A DNA stretch of 64,000 nucleotides from an uncultured Acidimicrobiaceae bacterium (lineage in GTDB: Bacteria > Actinomycetota > Acidimicrobiia > Acidimicrobiales > SZUA-35): positions 3,643-67,642 of the forward strand of contig CAZYMB010000002.1 of the NCBI GenBank assembly GCA_964648795.1. Direction: 5' to 3'. The number at the start of each line of letters is the position of its first letter. Position 1 is the first letter of the stretch. The notes beneath the pieces were generated by a model. The model did no database searches and was not told the origin of the DNA. It saw nothing but the letters and a program-made list of their open reading frames with translations. The position numbers and the translations under genes are program-made. Below are positions 9,137 to 17,310 of the stretch, in pieces.

Positions 9137-9172
9137 TCAACCAAGCTTAGCATTCACACCGATTGTGGCTTG

Positions 9173-10126
9173 CTATGCCTGCCCTGCAAGCTCTAGGACG
9201 ATCATGATCCCAAGCCAAATAGGAGCTGCCAGTAAGTATGAGTCCAAACGACGAAGCGCTGGCGCCCAAGATGTAGGCCTTGGAAGAAGAATCGATGCAA
9301 ACATCTGTCCGATGATTCCACTGATACCGGTTATCAAACCAAGGACCGCAAAGAACACCAAGTCACTTGGTAGCGCTGCGGGTGGAAACAAGAAGATGCC
9401 GAGGGTGACTACTACTAAGGCAATAAAGCCAGCTATTGGGCCTTCGAATGCGTTGTGCGCACCCGAACCAACAATAAAATCACCAATTTCGTACGCAGAA
9501 ATAACCAGTATGAGAGCGATAAAGACTTCGAAACCTGACCCTACTTCGACTTCTCTCACCGCAATAGTGATGGCACTGGCTGCAGCTATTCCTACTGGGA
9601 AAATAGACCTGATCATTATTCCCATTACTTGCGCAAAGGTCTTTGCTCCGTCCTTTGTGAGCGCTGCTCCGACTAGAACCATGACAAATGCTGCTAAGGC
9701 TCCCACCGGTATCGCCACAAGCCCAAAGAAAGAACTAAACGCTAGAAGGAACGCCCCAAGCCCTGCTGCAGAGCGACTCTCAGCCGCAGAGCCGAGCCAA
9801 GTGTTTGCAATCTGCAAACCAGCTAGCCCGGCAACTGTTGAAAACACAAGTGCGATAAACGGAGCGGCAAACTGGGCTTGAGAAAACAGAATTAGCGCAG
9901 ATGGAACAAGAAGCACAAGGCCAAACCAAATAATACCGAGTGTAACTTTTGGGCCATCTGTCGAGTATGGGATAGCGAGTCTTGATTGGTTCCACCTTTT
10001 GTGGCGAGCCATATCTTCTTGTCGTGCTTTGTCAGAACGACTCTGAGCTCGACGAGACTGAGTTCTCATCTTTGGGCCCGTTGGCACCTTCGGTGGAGGC
10101 TGTCGATTCCCTGGATGCTGTGCCAC
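9173..10126 (-). CDS. Polytopic membrane protein, divergent CdsA (CTP-transferase 1)-like
   Basis: A basic disordered N-terminus is followed by about 8 hydrophobic segments. The C-terminal RRLDSYLLAAP resembles the DRxDSxxxAAP end of phosphatidate cytidylyltransferases, but the PGHGG-type motif is not evident. The GTG start abuts the moaD-like stop, and a later Met start is possible. Confidence 0.4.
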   Translation of the reverse strand: MAQHPGNRQPPPKVPTGPKMRTQSRRAQSRSDKARQEDMARHKRWNQSRLAIPYSTDGPKVTLGIIWFGLVLLVPSALILFSQAQFAAPFIALVFSTVAGLAGLQIANTWLGSAAESRSAAGLGAFLLAFSSFFGLVAIPVGALAAFVMVLVGAALTKDGAKTFAQVMGIMIRSIFPVGIAAASAITIAVREVEVGSGFEVFIALILVISAYEIGDFIVGSGAHNAFEGPIAGFIALVVVTLGIFLFPPAALPSDLVFFAVLGLITGISGIIGQMFASILLPRPTSWAPALRRLDSYLLAAPIWLGIMIVLELAGQA

Positions 10127-10363
10127 TTATCCCCCAGACACCGGAGGTAGAACGGCGACTTCGTCACCTGCTGTTAGATCTCTATTCAAAGGAGCTGATG
10201 AACCGTTAACCCAAACCTGTGACTGTTTCAGTAGAGTCTCGAATTCGTCGCCGTAAAGTTTGATGAGTTCAGCTGAAATCTCGCTGACTGTTGAACCAAC
10301 AATCTCGATTTCTGATTTAGCCGCTATTTCTGCCGCTTGTGCGAATAACTTTACTGAGACCAC
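10127..10363 (-). CDS. MoaD/ThiS-family sulfur-carrier (ubiquitin-like) protein
   Basis: The 78-aa protein ends in DEVAVLPPVSGG, the typical MoaD C-terminal GG. Confidence 0.75.
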   Translation of the reverse strand: MVSVKLFAQAAEIAAKSEIEIVGSTVSEISAELIKLYGDEFETLLKQSQVWVNGSSAPLNRDLTAGDEVAVLPPVSGG

Positions 10364-10443
10364 TTAACCAGTGTGGCACAGCAAAGCGCTAATTCCTCTG
10401 CGCGAATACCCTTAAGAGCCGCTATTTCTAGCTAATTACGCCC

Positions 10444-11049
10444 TTAAAGGGCGCTTTCTTTGCCGCCACCGGTGGATATATCGCTATCTATTAGCTCCAT
10501 CCGATCCCCAATTTCAATATTGTCCTCTGTTACCGTCACCCAGATTCCGCCAAGGTTGCTGATTCTGCCACGCTCTAGGTCGTGGTATTTCTCTAAAGTT
10601 ATGATTATCCCCGAGTGAGCAACGACGAGGACTTGAGCTCCTTCGAACTGTTTTGAGATCTTAAGAAGGCCTGTAAATACTCGAGCAAGAAAGGCGCTGT
10701 CGGGTTCCCAACCTTCGGGGCGGTAGCCAGACGCCTCCCAGTCTGGAGCAATCTCTTTGATCTCAGCTCGAGTCTTACCAGACCACTCCCCAACATCTCG
10801 CTCTACAAGCTCTGGCACCTCTAAGACGGGGCCAATCCCAGCCTTATCTGCAATGAGATCAGCTGTTTCTTTGGCTCTGATTAGTGTTGAGCTAGCTATC
10901 AAATCGATTTGGCCTATACCCGAAGCTGCGGCCTGGGCTTGAGTGCGCCCGAGGTCAGAAAGGGGCGCGTCGGCTCGGCCTTGCCAGCGGTGCTCGATAT
11001 TCCAAGTTGATTGTCCATGCCTTACCAGCAGGATTCGGGTTGCAGCCAC
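10444..11049 (-). CDS. Histidine phosphatase family protein (phosphoglycerate mutase-like)
   Basis: The catalytic RHG motif is present in ILLVRHGQSTWN, and a later VVAHSG histidine is also present. Confidence 0.8.
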   Translation of the reverse strand: MAATRILLVRHGQSTWNIEHRWQGRADAPLSDLGRTQAQAAASGIGQIDLIASSTLIRAKETADLIADKAGIGPVLEVPELVERDVGEWSGKTRAEIKEIAPDWEASGYRPEGWEPDSAFLARVFTGLLKISKQFEGAQVLVVAHSGIIITLEKYHDLERGRISNLGGIWVTVTEDNIEIGDRMELIDSDISTGGGKESAL

Positions 11050-11108
11050 ATCGACACGTTATCGCATCAACATGTGATCGTACGACTTTGGTCTATCCCA
11101 GGTATCGT

Positions 11109-11900
11109 ATGAGGGTGCCAAACACAGGAATTAACCCTTGGAATAGAGCCCTAGTCACAGGAGCATCTTCTGGCATTGGCCGCGACATGTGCAAAATCCT
11201 GAGCGCCCAGGGAACTGACTTGATTATTGTAGCTAGACGCCAAGATCGTCTAGAAGAATTGGCCGCCCAGCTAGAAACCGACGTCGAAATTCTAGTTGCG
11301 GATTTAACTAAGCAGTCCGATATCGAGGCAGTCGCTAAGAGATTACAAGATGAATCCAAACCGGTTGATCTTCTGATCAACAATGCAGGCCTCGGCAACT
11401 TTGGTACTTTCACAGACCTTGACTTAGATGCAGAGAAAACTGTTATCCAAGTAAACGTCGATGCTCTTCATACGCTTTGCCATGTTGCAGCTAACACCAT
11501 GAAAGAACGTAAGCACGGTTGGATCCTGAACGTAAGTTCGATCTCTGGTTTCGCACCGTATCCTCGCTCTGCAACATATGGCGGGACTAAAGCCTTCGTA
11601 CTCAATTTCTCTGAAGCTCTTCAAGCTGAACTTTCAAAAGATGGTGTTGTAGTTTCAGCGTTGTGTCCTGGGCCAACTCGTACAGAGTTTCAAAGCAACG
11701 CCAAGGTCGACCTAGGCGTGCTGCCGGACTTTCTAATTACAGAGTCGTTAGAAGTTGCAGCAATTGGTTTGTCAGATCTGGCAAAGAAAAAGGCAGTCAG
11801 CGTTCCAGGAACTTCAATGAAAGCAACTCGAGTAATAATCAAGTTGCTTCCAGGTAGCGCTATCCGAAAGATAAGCGACTACATAAGTTCGAAGCGTTAA
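11109..11900 (+). CDS. SDR-family oxidoreductase
   Basis: ALVTGASSGIGRD (TGxxxGIG), NNAG, and a catalytic S...YGGTK motif are present. I moved the start to MRVPNTG because the longer ORF overlaps the divergent phosphatase gene. Confidence 0.8.
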   Translation: MRVPNTGINPWNRALVTGASSGIGRDMCKILSAQGTDLIIVARRQDRLEELAAQLETDVEILVADLTKQSDIEAVAKRLQDESKPVDLLINNAGLGNFGTFTDLDLDAEKTVIQVNVDALHTLCHVAANTMKERKHGWILNVSSISGFAPYPRSATYGGTKAFVLNFSEALQAELSKDGVVVSALCPGPTRTEFQSNAKVDLGVLPDFLITESLEVAAIGLSDLAKKKAVSVPGTSMKATRVIIKLLPGSAIRKISDYISSKR

Positions 11901-12176
11901 CCCGCTAGGTCGCCAAGGTCGCTGTCGATCTGGTCAAGCTCGGCGGTGAGAGAATCTAGTTCTGCCGCATCAGGCAGAACCTCTTCCGCAGTAGCTACAT
12001 CAGCCTCTTGTGATTCGTTTGATTGAGTAATTGGTTCTAGCACAGCGCTCTAAGCTACACACCCCCGACCTGAGCCCACAACCCCAGGCAAACATTAGTT
12101 ACAAGCCCATACAAATAGGCCTTATATATGGCTATTTCTGAGTCATTAATGGATTTAATGACGCTAGATTGTATGC

Positions 12177-12251
12177 GCCCCTGTGGCGCAGTCTGGTTAG
12201 CGCAGCGGACTTTTAATCCGTTGGTCCTGGGTTCGAATCCCAGCGGGGGCA
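12177..12251 (+). tRNA. tRNA-Lys (anticodon UUU)
   Basis: The acceptor is GCCCCTG/CGGGGGC (one G-U pair), the D arm GCGCAGTCTGGTTAGCGC, the anticodon loop CT-TTT-AA, and the T arm CTGGG-TTCGAAT-CCCAG. Confidence 0.9.
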
Positions 12252-12349
12252 CACTTACACGTCAAAACTTCTGCATAACAAAGCCCGCACCAGTCGGCCT
12301 GCTACAAACCTAACAACCAACCAAAGCCCTAAACCACCCAAAGAGCCTC

Positions 12350-12376
12350 CGGTTCGAATCCCAGCGGGGGCACACT
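12350..12376 (+). repeat. Perfect 27-bp direct repeat of the tRNA-Lys 3' end (T-loop to 5 nt past the discriminator); att-like scar
   Basis: GGTTCGAATCCCAGCGGGGGCACACTT occurs at 12230-12256, inside and just after the tRNA. It occurs again at 12350-12376 without the 5' part of a tRNA. Confidence 0.85.
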
Positions 12377-12377
12377 T

Positions 12378-12923
12378 TTACTCGAAGCAGTTTGGAGCTT
12401 GCTCCCTCATCTCTACACCGATTGTGGCAGCATCCACTCCAAAGAATAGATCTCTGTCAGCAGTCTCTACAATGCACCTGACCTGCTCCTCTTCAGACCC
12501 AGTTGCAACCAGACTCTTGATGACCTCTTCATCGGTCATACTTTCGATTACAAAGTCCTCGGACTGCAAGTTAATGTTTTCGTCAGTAACCTGTCGGCCA
12601 GTATTAACTGCTCGGAGTACCGCTTCTTGGTCAGCGTCTGCAAGAAAGCTAGTAGTAACGCAATCAAAAGTTTCGTCCGACAGATCGAAGAGCTCATTTA
12701 TTGGCAGCTGTCCCTCGACCAATTCATCTGATTCAAACAACTCAACAATGGCGTTCCGAGAATAATTGAAGACTTTTTCCTGATCACGCTCATTGAGCCC
12801 ATCTGCGTTAGTGAGAGTACTTACAGTCGAGTCATCGTCCAGAATTTCGACTTGCTGATCCCCTAAGACATTTGAATCCACTGCAATATCAGCGCCGCCA
12901 CATCCAACTAAGAAAACGAACAT
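12378..12923 (-). CDS. Hypothetical acidic lipoprotein
   Basis: The N-terminus MFVFLVGCGG carries a lipobox. The mature part is very D/E-rich and I recognised no domain. Confidence 0.5.
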   Translation of the reverse strand: MFVFLVGCGGADIAVDSNVLGDQQVEILDDDSTVSTLTNADGLNERDQEKVFNYSRNAIVELFESDELVEGQLPINELFDLSDETFDCVTTSFLADADQEAVLRAVNTGRQVTDENINLQSEDFVIESMTDEEVIKSLVATGSEEEQVRCIVETADRDLFFGVDAATIGVEMREQAPNCFE

Positions 12924-13032
12924 TCCAATAACTACTAGTCTTATAACAAGTCATCGACACAAGCCCGGAGCCCCTTTAACTAGGTTTCTTTTATTGCCTG
13001 TACAATATAAAGGTAGTTAGAAGGCGGTTACG

Positions 13033-13803
13033 GTGGCAAAAGTATCAGAACAGAATTACAAGCTGGCGAAGTTCGGCACAAATCACCCTGGCGCTCTTGT
13101 GAGGGCTATTGCTGTTGCGACAGTTGCTATGGCTGTTAGTTTAGTGGCGCTACTACAGGGGCTTTCTTCCGGCGCTCCAGTGGTATCAGCAGCGGGCACA
13201 GCGGGCATTATTCTATCGGCAGGCGCTCTTTGGACCGGCCTGGAGGCACATAGAACGGCCTCTAGTGCAATGACAGTATTCGAGGGTTTATACAGTCATG
13301 TAAACCTTGCATTGTCATGGAGGCACAGCCTCTGGCTAAATGTACAACTTGAAGAGCACACGAATATGCCTCTAGTAAGAACAAGAAACCTTGCTTCTCT
13401 AAACGTAAAGCAAGTCAACGAACTCTTCGAGGGGTACTTCCAGACAGTTCAAACTGAGTGTGTGTGGAGCGAGCCGACTCAAACCAACTTTAGACTCTTA
13501 GATTTAGACACAGGAAATTCTCGAGACTTTGCGATTGCTACCCTTACAAAAGACGACCTTCTTGATTTTCACCTACAATCCTATAAAAAGCTGGAAACAA
13601 TCCAAGCCGAACTCGCCAACGACACGCCTACCACCGCACTAAACGCTGACGGAGTAGCTGGCCAGGCTATTGAGGGAAGTAATGCGTTTGGAACCGGATC
13701 AGTCGACCCAGATATAGCTGATAGCGTATTTACTACAAATTCAACTGAACTAGCAGCTCCACTATCTTTGCCATTGCACCCTGCACGTAGGCTTCATCAA
13801 TAA
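13033..13803 (+). CDS. Hypothetical membrane protein (two N-terminal TM segments)
   Basis: The ORF has a GTG start and two hydrophobic stretches (AIAVATVAMAVSLVALL and GTAGIILSAGALW). I recognised no motif. Confidence 0.45.
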   Translation: MAKVSEQNYKLAKFGTNHPGALVRAIAVATVAMAVSLVALLQGLSSGAPVVSAAGTAGIILSAGALWTGLEAHRTASSAMTVFEGLYSHVNLALSWRHSLWLNVQLEEHTNMPLVRTRNLASLNVKQVNELFEGYFQTVQTECVWSEPTQTNFRLLDLDTGNSRDFAIATLTKDDLLDFHLQSYKKLETIQAELANDTPTTALNADGVAGQAIEGSNAFGTGSVDPDIADSVFTTNSTELAAPLSLPLHPARRLHQ

Positions 13804-13812
13804 ACCTTCCGC

Positions 13813-14076
13813 TTGTCTTTGCATTTGGCGCAGATCACAAAGACATATAACTTTCCTTCTGACGACAACAAGCAAGTAGCTCTAGGCGTAGGCGACGTAA
13901 TGCAATGGTTCGCTGACTCAGAACAAGGGCTGGTCTTCTACGAAGTCTGCAAACCACCATACGAAGACGGACGTTTCGAAGACTTGGGTCAATCCAACTC
14001 TAAGGTTCCAACAACAACTACGCAGACCGGCGTTATCGCCGCACAGAACAAACCTGGTCCAGCACTCGGCAAATAG
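13813..14076 (+). CDS. Small cupin-like protein or cupin fragment
   Basis: GVGDVMQWFADSEQGLVFYEVCKPPYEDGRFEDL resembles the C-terminal strands of a cupin barrel. The ORF has a TTG start, is only 87 aa, and may be truncated. Confidence 0.3.
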   Translation: MSLHLAQITKTYNFPSDDNKQVALGVGDVMQWFADSEQGLVFYEVCKPPYEDGRFEDLGQSNSKVPTTTTQTGVIAAQNKPGPALGK

Positions 14077-14107
14077 ATCAATCCAAAGAAGCTGCTAACG
14101 TAGCCCT

Positions 14108-14779
14108 ATGGATGAAGTCGATCATAAAGAACTAGCCAAGCAACTACGCCAGCCTGAGGGCGAAGAGGGCAAAGAAGTTGCTCTAGCCCTGAACGAAACT
14201 AACTCTGAGATGATAGGTCGAACACTACAGGCCCTCCAAGTAATCGAAGGCCAAGTTGTCCTTGAGCTTGGGCCCGGCAACGGCGCACACATCCCAGCTT
14301 TCGTTGAGCAAACCAAACCAGCTCGTTTCATTGGACTAGACATCTCGACCACGATGGTGGCTGAAACTACTGCGCTACTCTCGGACCACACTTCTAGTAC
14401 CGAGTTTGACTTTGTTGTTTATGATGGCCTAACAATCCCGCTCGAAGATAGCTCGGTCGACAAGATAGTGACAGTCAACACTCTCTACTTCTGGGAAAGC
14501 CCGGTGGACCTGCTAAACGAATTGTTTCGTGTTCTAAAACCTGGAGGCAAGCTTGTTATTGCTTACATCCAAAAAGAAGCCATGAAAGACAGACCATTTG
14601 TTCAGTACGGGTTCACCATGTACAACAACGACGATGTCCAACAACTCGTTACAGATTCAGACTTTGAATCTGTGGAGATACAAGATCTACACGATGAAGT
14701 AACAATGCCAGACGGCGAACAAATGAGCCGAGACTACTCGTTGGCCATAATCAATAGACATTACCTAGATAGCCTCTAG
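14108..14779 (+). CDS. Class I SAM-dependent methyltransferase
   Basis: Motif I VLELGPGNG is present, along with the post-I acidic residue (GLDIS) and the typical LKPGGKLVI. Confidence 0.8.
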   Translation: MDEVDHKELAKQLRQPEGEEGKEVALALNETNSEMIGRTLQALQVIEGQVVLELGPGNGAHIPAFVEQTKPARFIGLDISTTMVAETTALLSDHTSSTEFDFVVYDGLTIPLEDSSVDKIVTVNTLYFWESPVDLLNELFRVLKPGGKLVIAYIQKEAMKDRPFVQYGFTMYNNDDVQQLVTDSDFESVEIQDLHDEVTMPDGEQMSRDYSLAIINRHYLDSL

Positions 14780-14782
14780 GTA

Positions 14783-15331
14783 ATGTCTGAGATTTCCATC
14801 ATCGACGCATCGCCAGAACGGTTGAAAGAATACACACGATTCCTTCAACCTTGCTACGTCGGTGCCTATGTTTCAAATGAACTGGGGCTAACAGAAGATT
14901 GCTTTTCGACTGAAGTGTTTAACACTCCTGATACTCAACAGTACCTGCGCTCTCATCTAGTGAATTCTGAGGCACAGAAAACTTATTTAGCAATAGCCAA
15001 CGTAGGCGATAACGAGCAACTGATTGGATGCATCACGGTGGAGCGCCTAGACGAAGAGACCGGTGAGATAAAAGGTTTCTATGTAGCACCCAATTTGCAA
15101 GGAACTGGCCTCGGAACAAAGCTGTACGAAACCGCCCTGAACTTTCTAGGTCCCAGAGCCATACTTCTCGACACCTACTGCCACAACGAGAACCCCATAG
15201 AAATCTACAAACATTGGGGTTTCGAGCTCGATACTGCACGTGGTGAAGACGGATACTTCTATCGCCACTGGCCCGAATGGCCAGACGATCTACAAGCCAA
15301 GTGTCTGTACATGCACAAACCTGGGAGCTAA
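14783..15331 (+). CDS. GNAT-family N-acetyltransferase
   Basis: The acetyl-CoA binding motif A is present (VAPNLQGTGLGTKLYETAL), and the protein ends in YKHWGFE. Confidence 0.8.
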   Translation: MSEISIIDASPERLKEYTRFLQPCYVGAYVSNELGLTEDCFSTEVFNTPDTQQYLRSHLVNSEAQKTYLAIANVGDNEQLIGCITVERLDEETGEIKGFYVAPNLQGTGLGTKLYETALNFLGPRAILLDTYCHNENPIEIYKHWGFELDTARGEDGYFYRHWPEWPDDLQAKCLYMHKPGS

Positions 15332-15383
15332 TAGATACAGCCATACTGGCATTCGAATTGTTGTCGACTAAGATCTATGGCCG

Positions 15384-15767
15384 ATGCCTAGAAAGTCAAA
15401 AGCAGATCTAGATACGCCATTCAAAGTGGGCGAACGCGTACGCATACTGGAGTCTGTCGACAACATTCCTGCTGGAACCGTCGCAAAGGTCCGTCTCGCT
15501 AACGGACTTGGTGTCTACAGACGCTACTGGCTCCGTGTTGGTGAGCAAGTTGTTGGCCAGGTGCCTCACAGTAACTTAGTTAGACCTGACCAGTTTGAGG
15601 CTTGGCAACAACGTGAAGCTGACCGTGAAAATGAAGCCGAACAAGCTGCCCTCGCTGTAGCTGAAGAGGCAGAAGGCGATGCAGCTGGCGGTTCCTCATC
15701 TGATCTTGGAATCCCCGAAGCACTACTAGAACGAAGCCGTGCAGCTAAGCAAAGATTGCTCGGTTAA
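15384..15767 (+). CDS. Hypothetical protein
   Basis: The ORF is clean, with a small beta-rich N-terminal region and an acidic, alanine-rich tail. I recognised no family. Confidence 0.45.
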   Translation: MPRKSKADLDTPFKVGERVRILESVDNIPAGTVAKVRLANGLGVYRRYWLRVGEQVVGQVPHSNLVRPDQFEAWQQREADRENEAEQAALAVAEEAEGDAAGGSSSDLGIPEALLERSRAAKQRLLG

Positions 15768-15786
15768 TCTCGACGCAATAAGTTAC

Positions 15787-16719
15787 TTAGTCTGTAAGTG
15801 AAACTTCTTCAGCAGCTGCTTGGCGCTCTTTACGATCCTTCAGACGATTAGCCACACGACCGGACTTTTCGATAAACGCCATAGTGCGCTCTCTACTTTG
15901 TTCTGCTTCTGCATCTAGTCCTTCAATGTTTGGAAGATCCCAGAAGTTAAGAACAATTGGCTCGATGATCTGCTCGTGATGAACGTGTAGGTCGTATATT
16001 CCGGCCTTAGCTATCTTCTTCGAGTGCTCTTCGAAGTTAGGGATACCGGTTCCTGGCATGTCAAAATTCAGAATGTGCTTCTCCATCGACTGAACAACCA
16101 TGCTCGGGTTCAAATCAAGGGCTGCCTTAGTAATATCTCTGTAGAACAAGAAGTGGTGGTTCTCGTCCATAGCGACTCGACGCATAATGTCATAACCAGC
16201 AGGGTCATCGACTAGAGCACCAGTGTTACGATGCGAAATACGTGTTGCAAGCTCTTGCAGAGTCACATAAACCATTCCATCAGTTGCTGTCTCTGGCTCT
16301 GGAACCTCTCCCGTAGACATCTGAACCATACGCGCACGCTCAAGCGCCACCGGGTCAATAGCACGTGTAATTGTCAGATAGTCACGGATAGCAACAGCGT
16401 GGCGACCTTCTTCGGCGGTCCAACGACGCACCCACTCACCCCAAGCACCATCACGACCAAACATGCGTTCGATGTCACGGAAATAGTAAGGCAAGTTGTC
16501 TTCGGTCAAGATATTTACGAATAGGGCGCTACGCACCTCATCTGGAAGTGGAAACTCCTCAGGTGACCATTCATAGTCGGATGGAAAGTCTTCGCCTCGG
16601 CTCCAGGGAACAAAAGTGTGGGGATGCCATTCCTTTGTCTTTTCGATGTGGTTTTCGAGCAACTGCTCGGCCACGGGCTCTAATTGCCCTAAAAGATCTA
16701 AATCAGCATCAATAACCAT
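15787..16719 (-). CDS. Acyl-ACP desaturase (soluble di-iron fatty acid desaturase, DesA-like)
   Basis: Di-iron motifs are present: WTAEEGRHAVAIRDYL (EExxH) and DENHHFLFYRD. The length is 310 aa. Confidence 0.8.
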   Translation of the reverse strand: MVIDADLDLLGQLEPVAEQLLENHIEKTKEWHPHTFVPWSRGEDFPSDYEWSPEEFPLPDEVRSALFVNILTEDNLPYYFRDIERMFGRDGAWGEWVRRWTAEEGRHAVAIRDYLTITRAIDPVALERARMVQMSTGEVPEPETATDGMVYVTLQELATRISHRNTGALVDDPAGYDIMRRVAMDENHHFLFYRDITKAALDLNPSMVVQSMEKHILNFDMPGTGIPNFEEHSKKIAKAGIYDLHVHHEQIIEPIVLNFWDLPNIEGLDAEAEQSRERTMAFIEKSGRVANRLKDRKERQAAAEEVSLTD

Positions 16720-16723
16720 TATT

Positions 16724-16751
16724 CCAGCCTACCGACCGGTAGGTAGGCTGG
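16724..16751. promoter_or_regulatory. Perfect 10-bp GC-rich inverted repeat between the dut stop and the desaturase start
   Basis: The repeat reads CCAGCCTACC-gaccggta-GGTAGGCTGG. On the minus strand it ends 4 nt upstream of the desaturase ATG (16719). It begins 44 nt downstream of the dut stop. Confidence 0.6.
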
Positions 16752-16795
16752 CAATGATTCAGTGAAATTCCGCTTAAATAGACAAGAATACGTGT

Positions 16796-17272
16796 CTAGG
16801 CGACGCCTGAAGAGCCGAAACCCGCAACGCCGCGGTCGTCAATACCCTCTGGCAGTTCATCAGTAGCCAAAAAGCTGACTTTATCTAGTCCAAGAATCAT
16901 AAACTGAGCAATACGATCGCCTGCTTCGACAACGAAGTCTTCATCAGAAGAGTTATAGAGAATGATCTTTAGTTCTCCCCTATAACCAGAATCAATCAAA
17001 CCTGGCGAATTAAGCAGTGTGACCCCGTGCTTAGCAGCCAGCCCACTACGAGGCAGCACCAAACCACAAGCTGTAGGTGGGATAGCAACTGCAAGGCCAG
17101 TACCAACCATTGCACGCCCACCAGCTGCTATCTTGGCGGGCTCAGATGCCCTTAGATCGGCTGCGGCATCCCCTGCTCGCATAGGTTTTGGTGGCTCTGC
17201 ACCAGAGGCTGGGTCTAGGACTTTAATTGGAACTTCAATCACAACCCGATGATAGCGCTCCCCTAGGTCCAT
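16796..17272 (-). CDS. dut: dUTP diphosphatase
   Basis: GLIDSGYRGEL, RSGLAAKHG and ERGxxGFGSSG-like (DRGVAGFGSSG) motifs are present. I set the start at MDLGER; the longer ORF would overlap orn. Confidence 0.85.
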   Translation of the reverse strand: MDLGERYHRVVIEVPIKVLDPASGAEPPKPMRAGDAAADLRASEPAKIAAGGRAMVGTGLAVAIPPTACGLVLPRSGLAAKHGVTLLNSPGLIDSGYRGELKIILYNSSDEDFVVEAGDRIAQFMILGLDKVSFLATDELPEGIDDRGVAGFGSSGVA

Positions 17273-17310
17273 CGACACTGAAACTGATAAGCAGCAGCTA
17301 GGATGATGGC

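Noticed and set aside
9165-9881. A 238-aa plus-strand ORF, Ala/Pro/Ser/Thr-rich.
   Set aside because: It lies entirely antisense to the 317-aa membrane-protein gene. It has low-complexity composition and no motifs, which is typical of a shadow ORF opposite a hydrophobic coding frame.
11898-12044. A 49-aa minus-strand ORF, not in the track, with a GTG start: VLEPITQSNESQEADVATAEEVLPDAAELDSLTAELDQIDSDLGDLAG. Its stop overlaps the SDR stop.
   Set aside because: It has no Shine-Dalgarno sequence and no recognisable family. It is short and acidic, so it may be chance. I kept it only as a note, and it could be tested by conservation analysis.
12055-12313. Two ORFs of about 61-65 aa across the tRNA-Lys region.
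   Set aside because: They overlap a well-folding tRNA gene and the att-like repeat, and are not plausible coding sequences.
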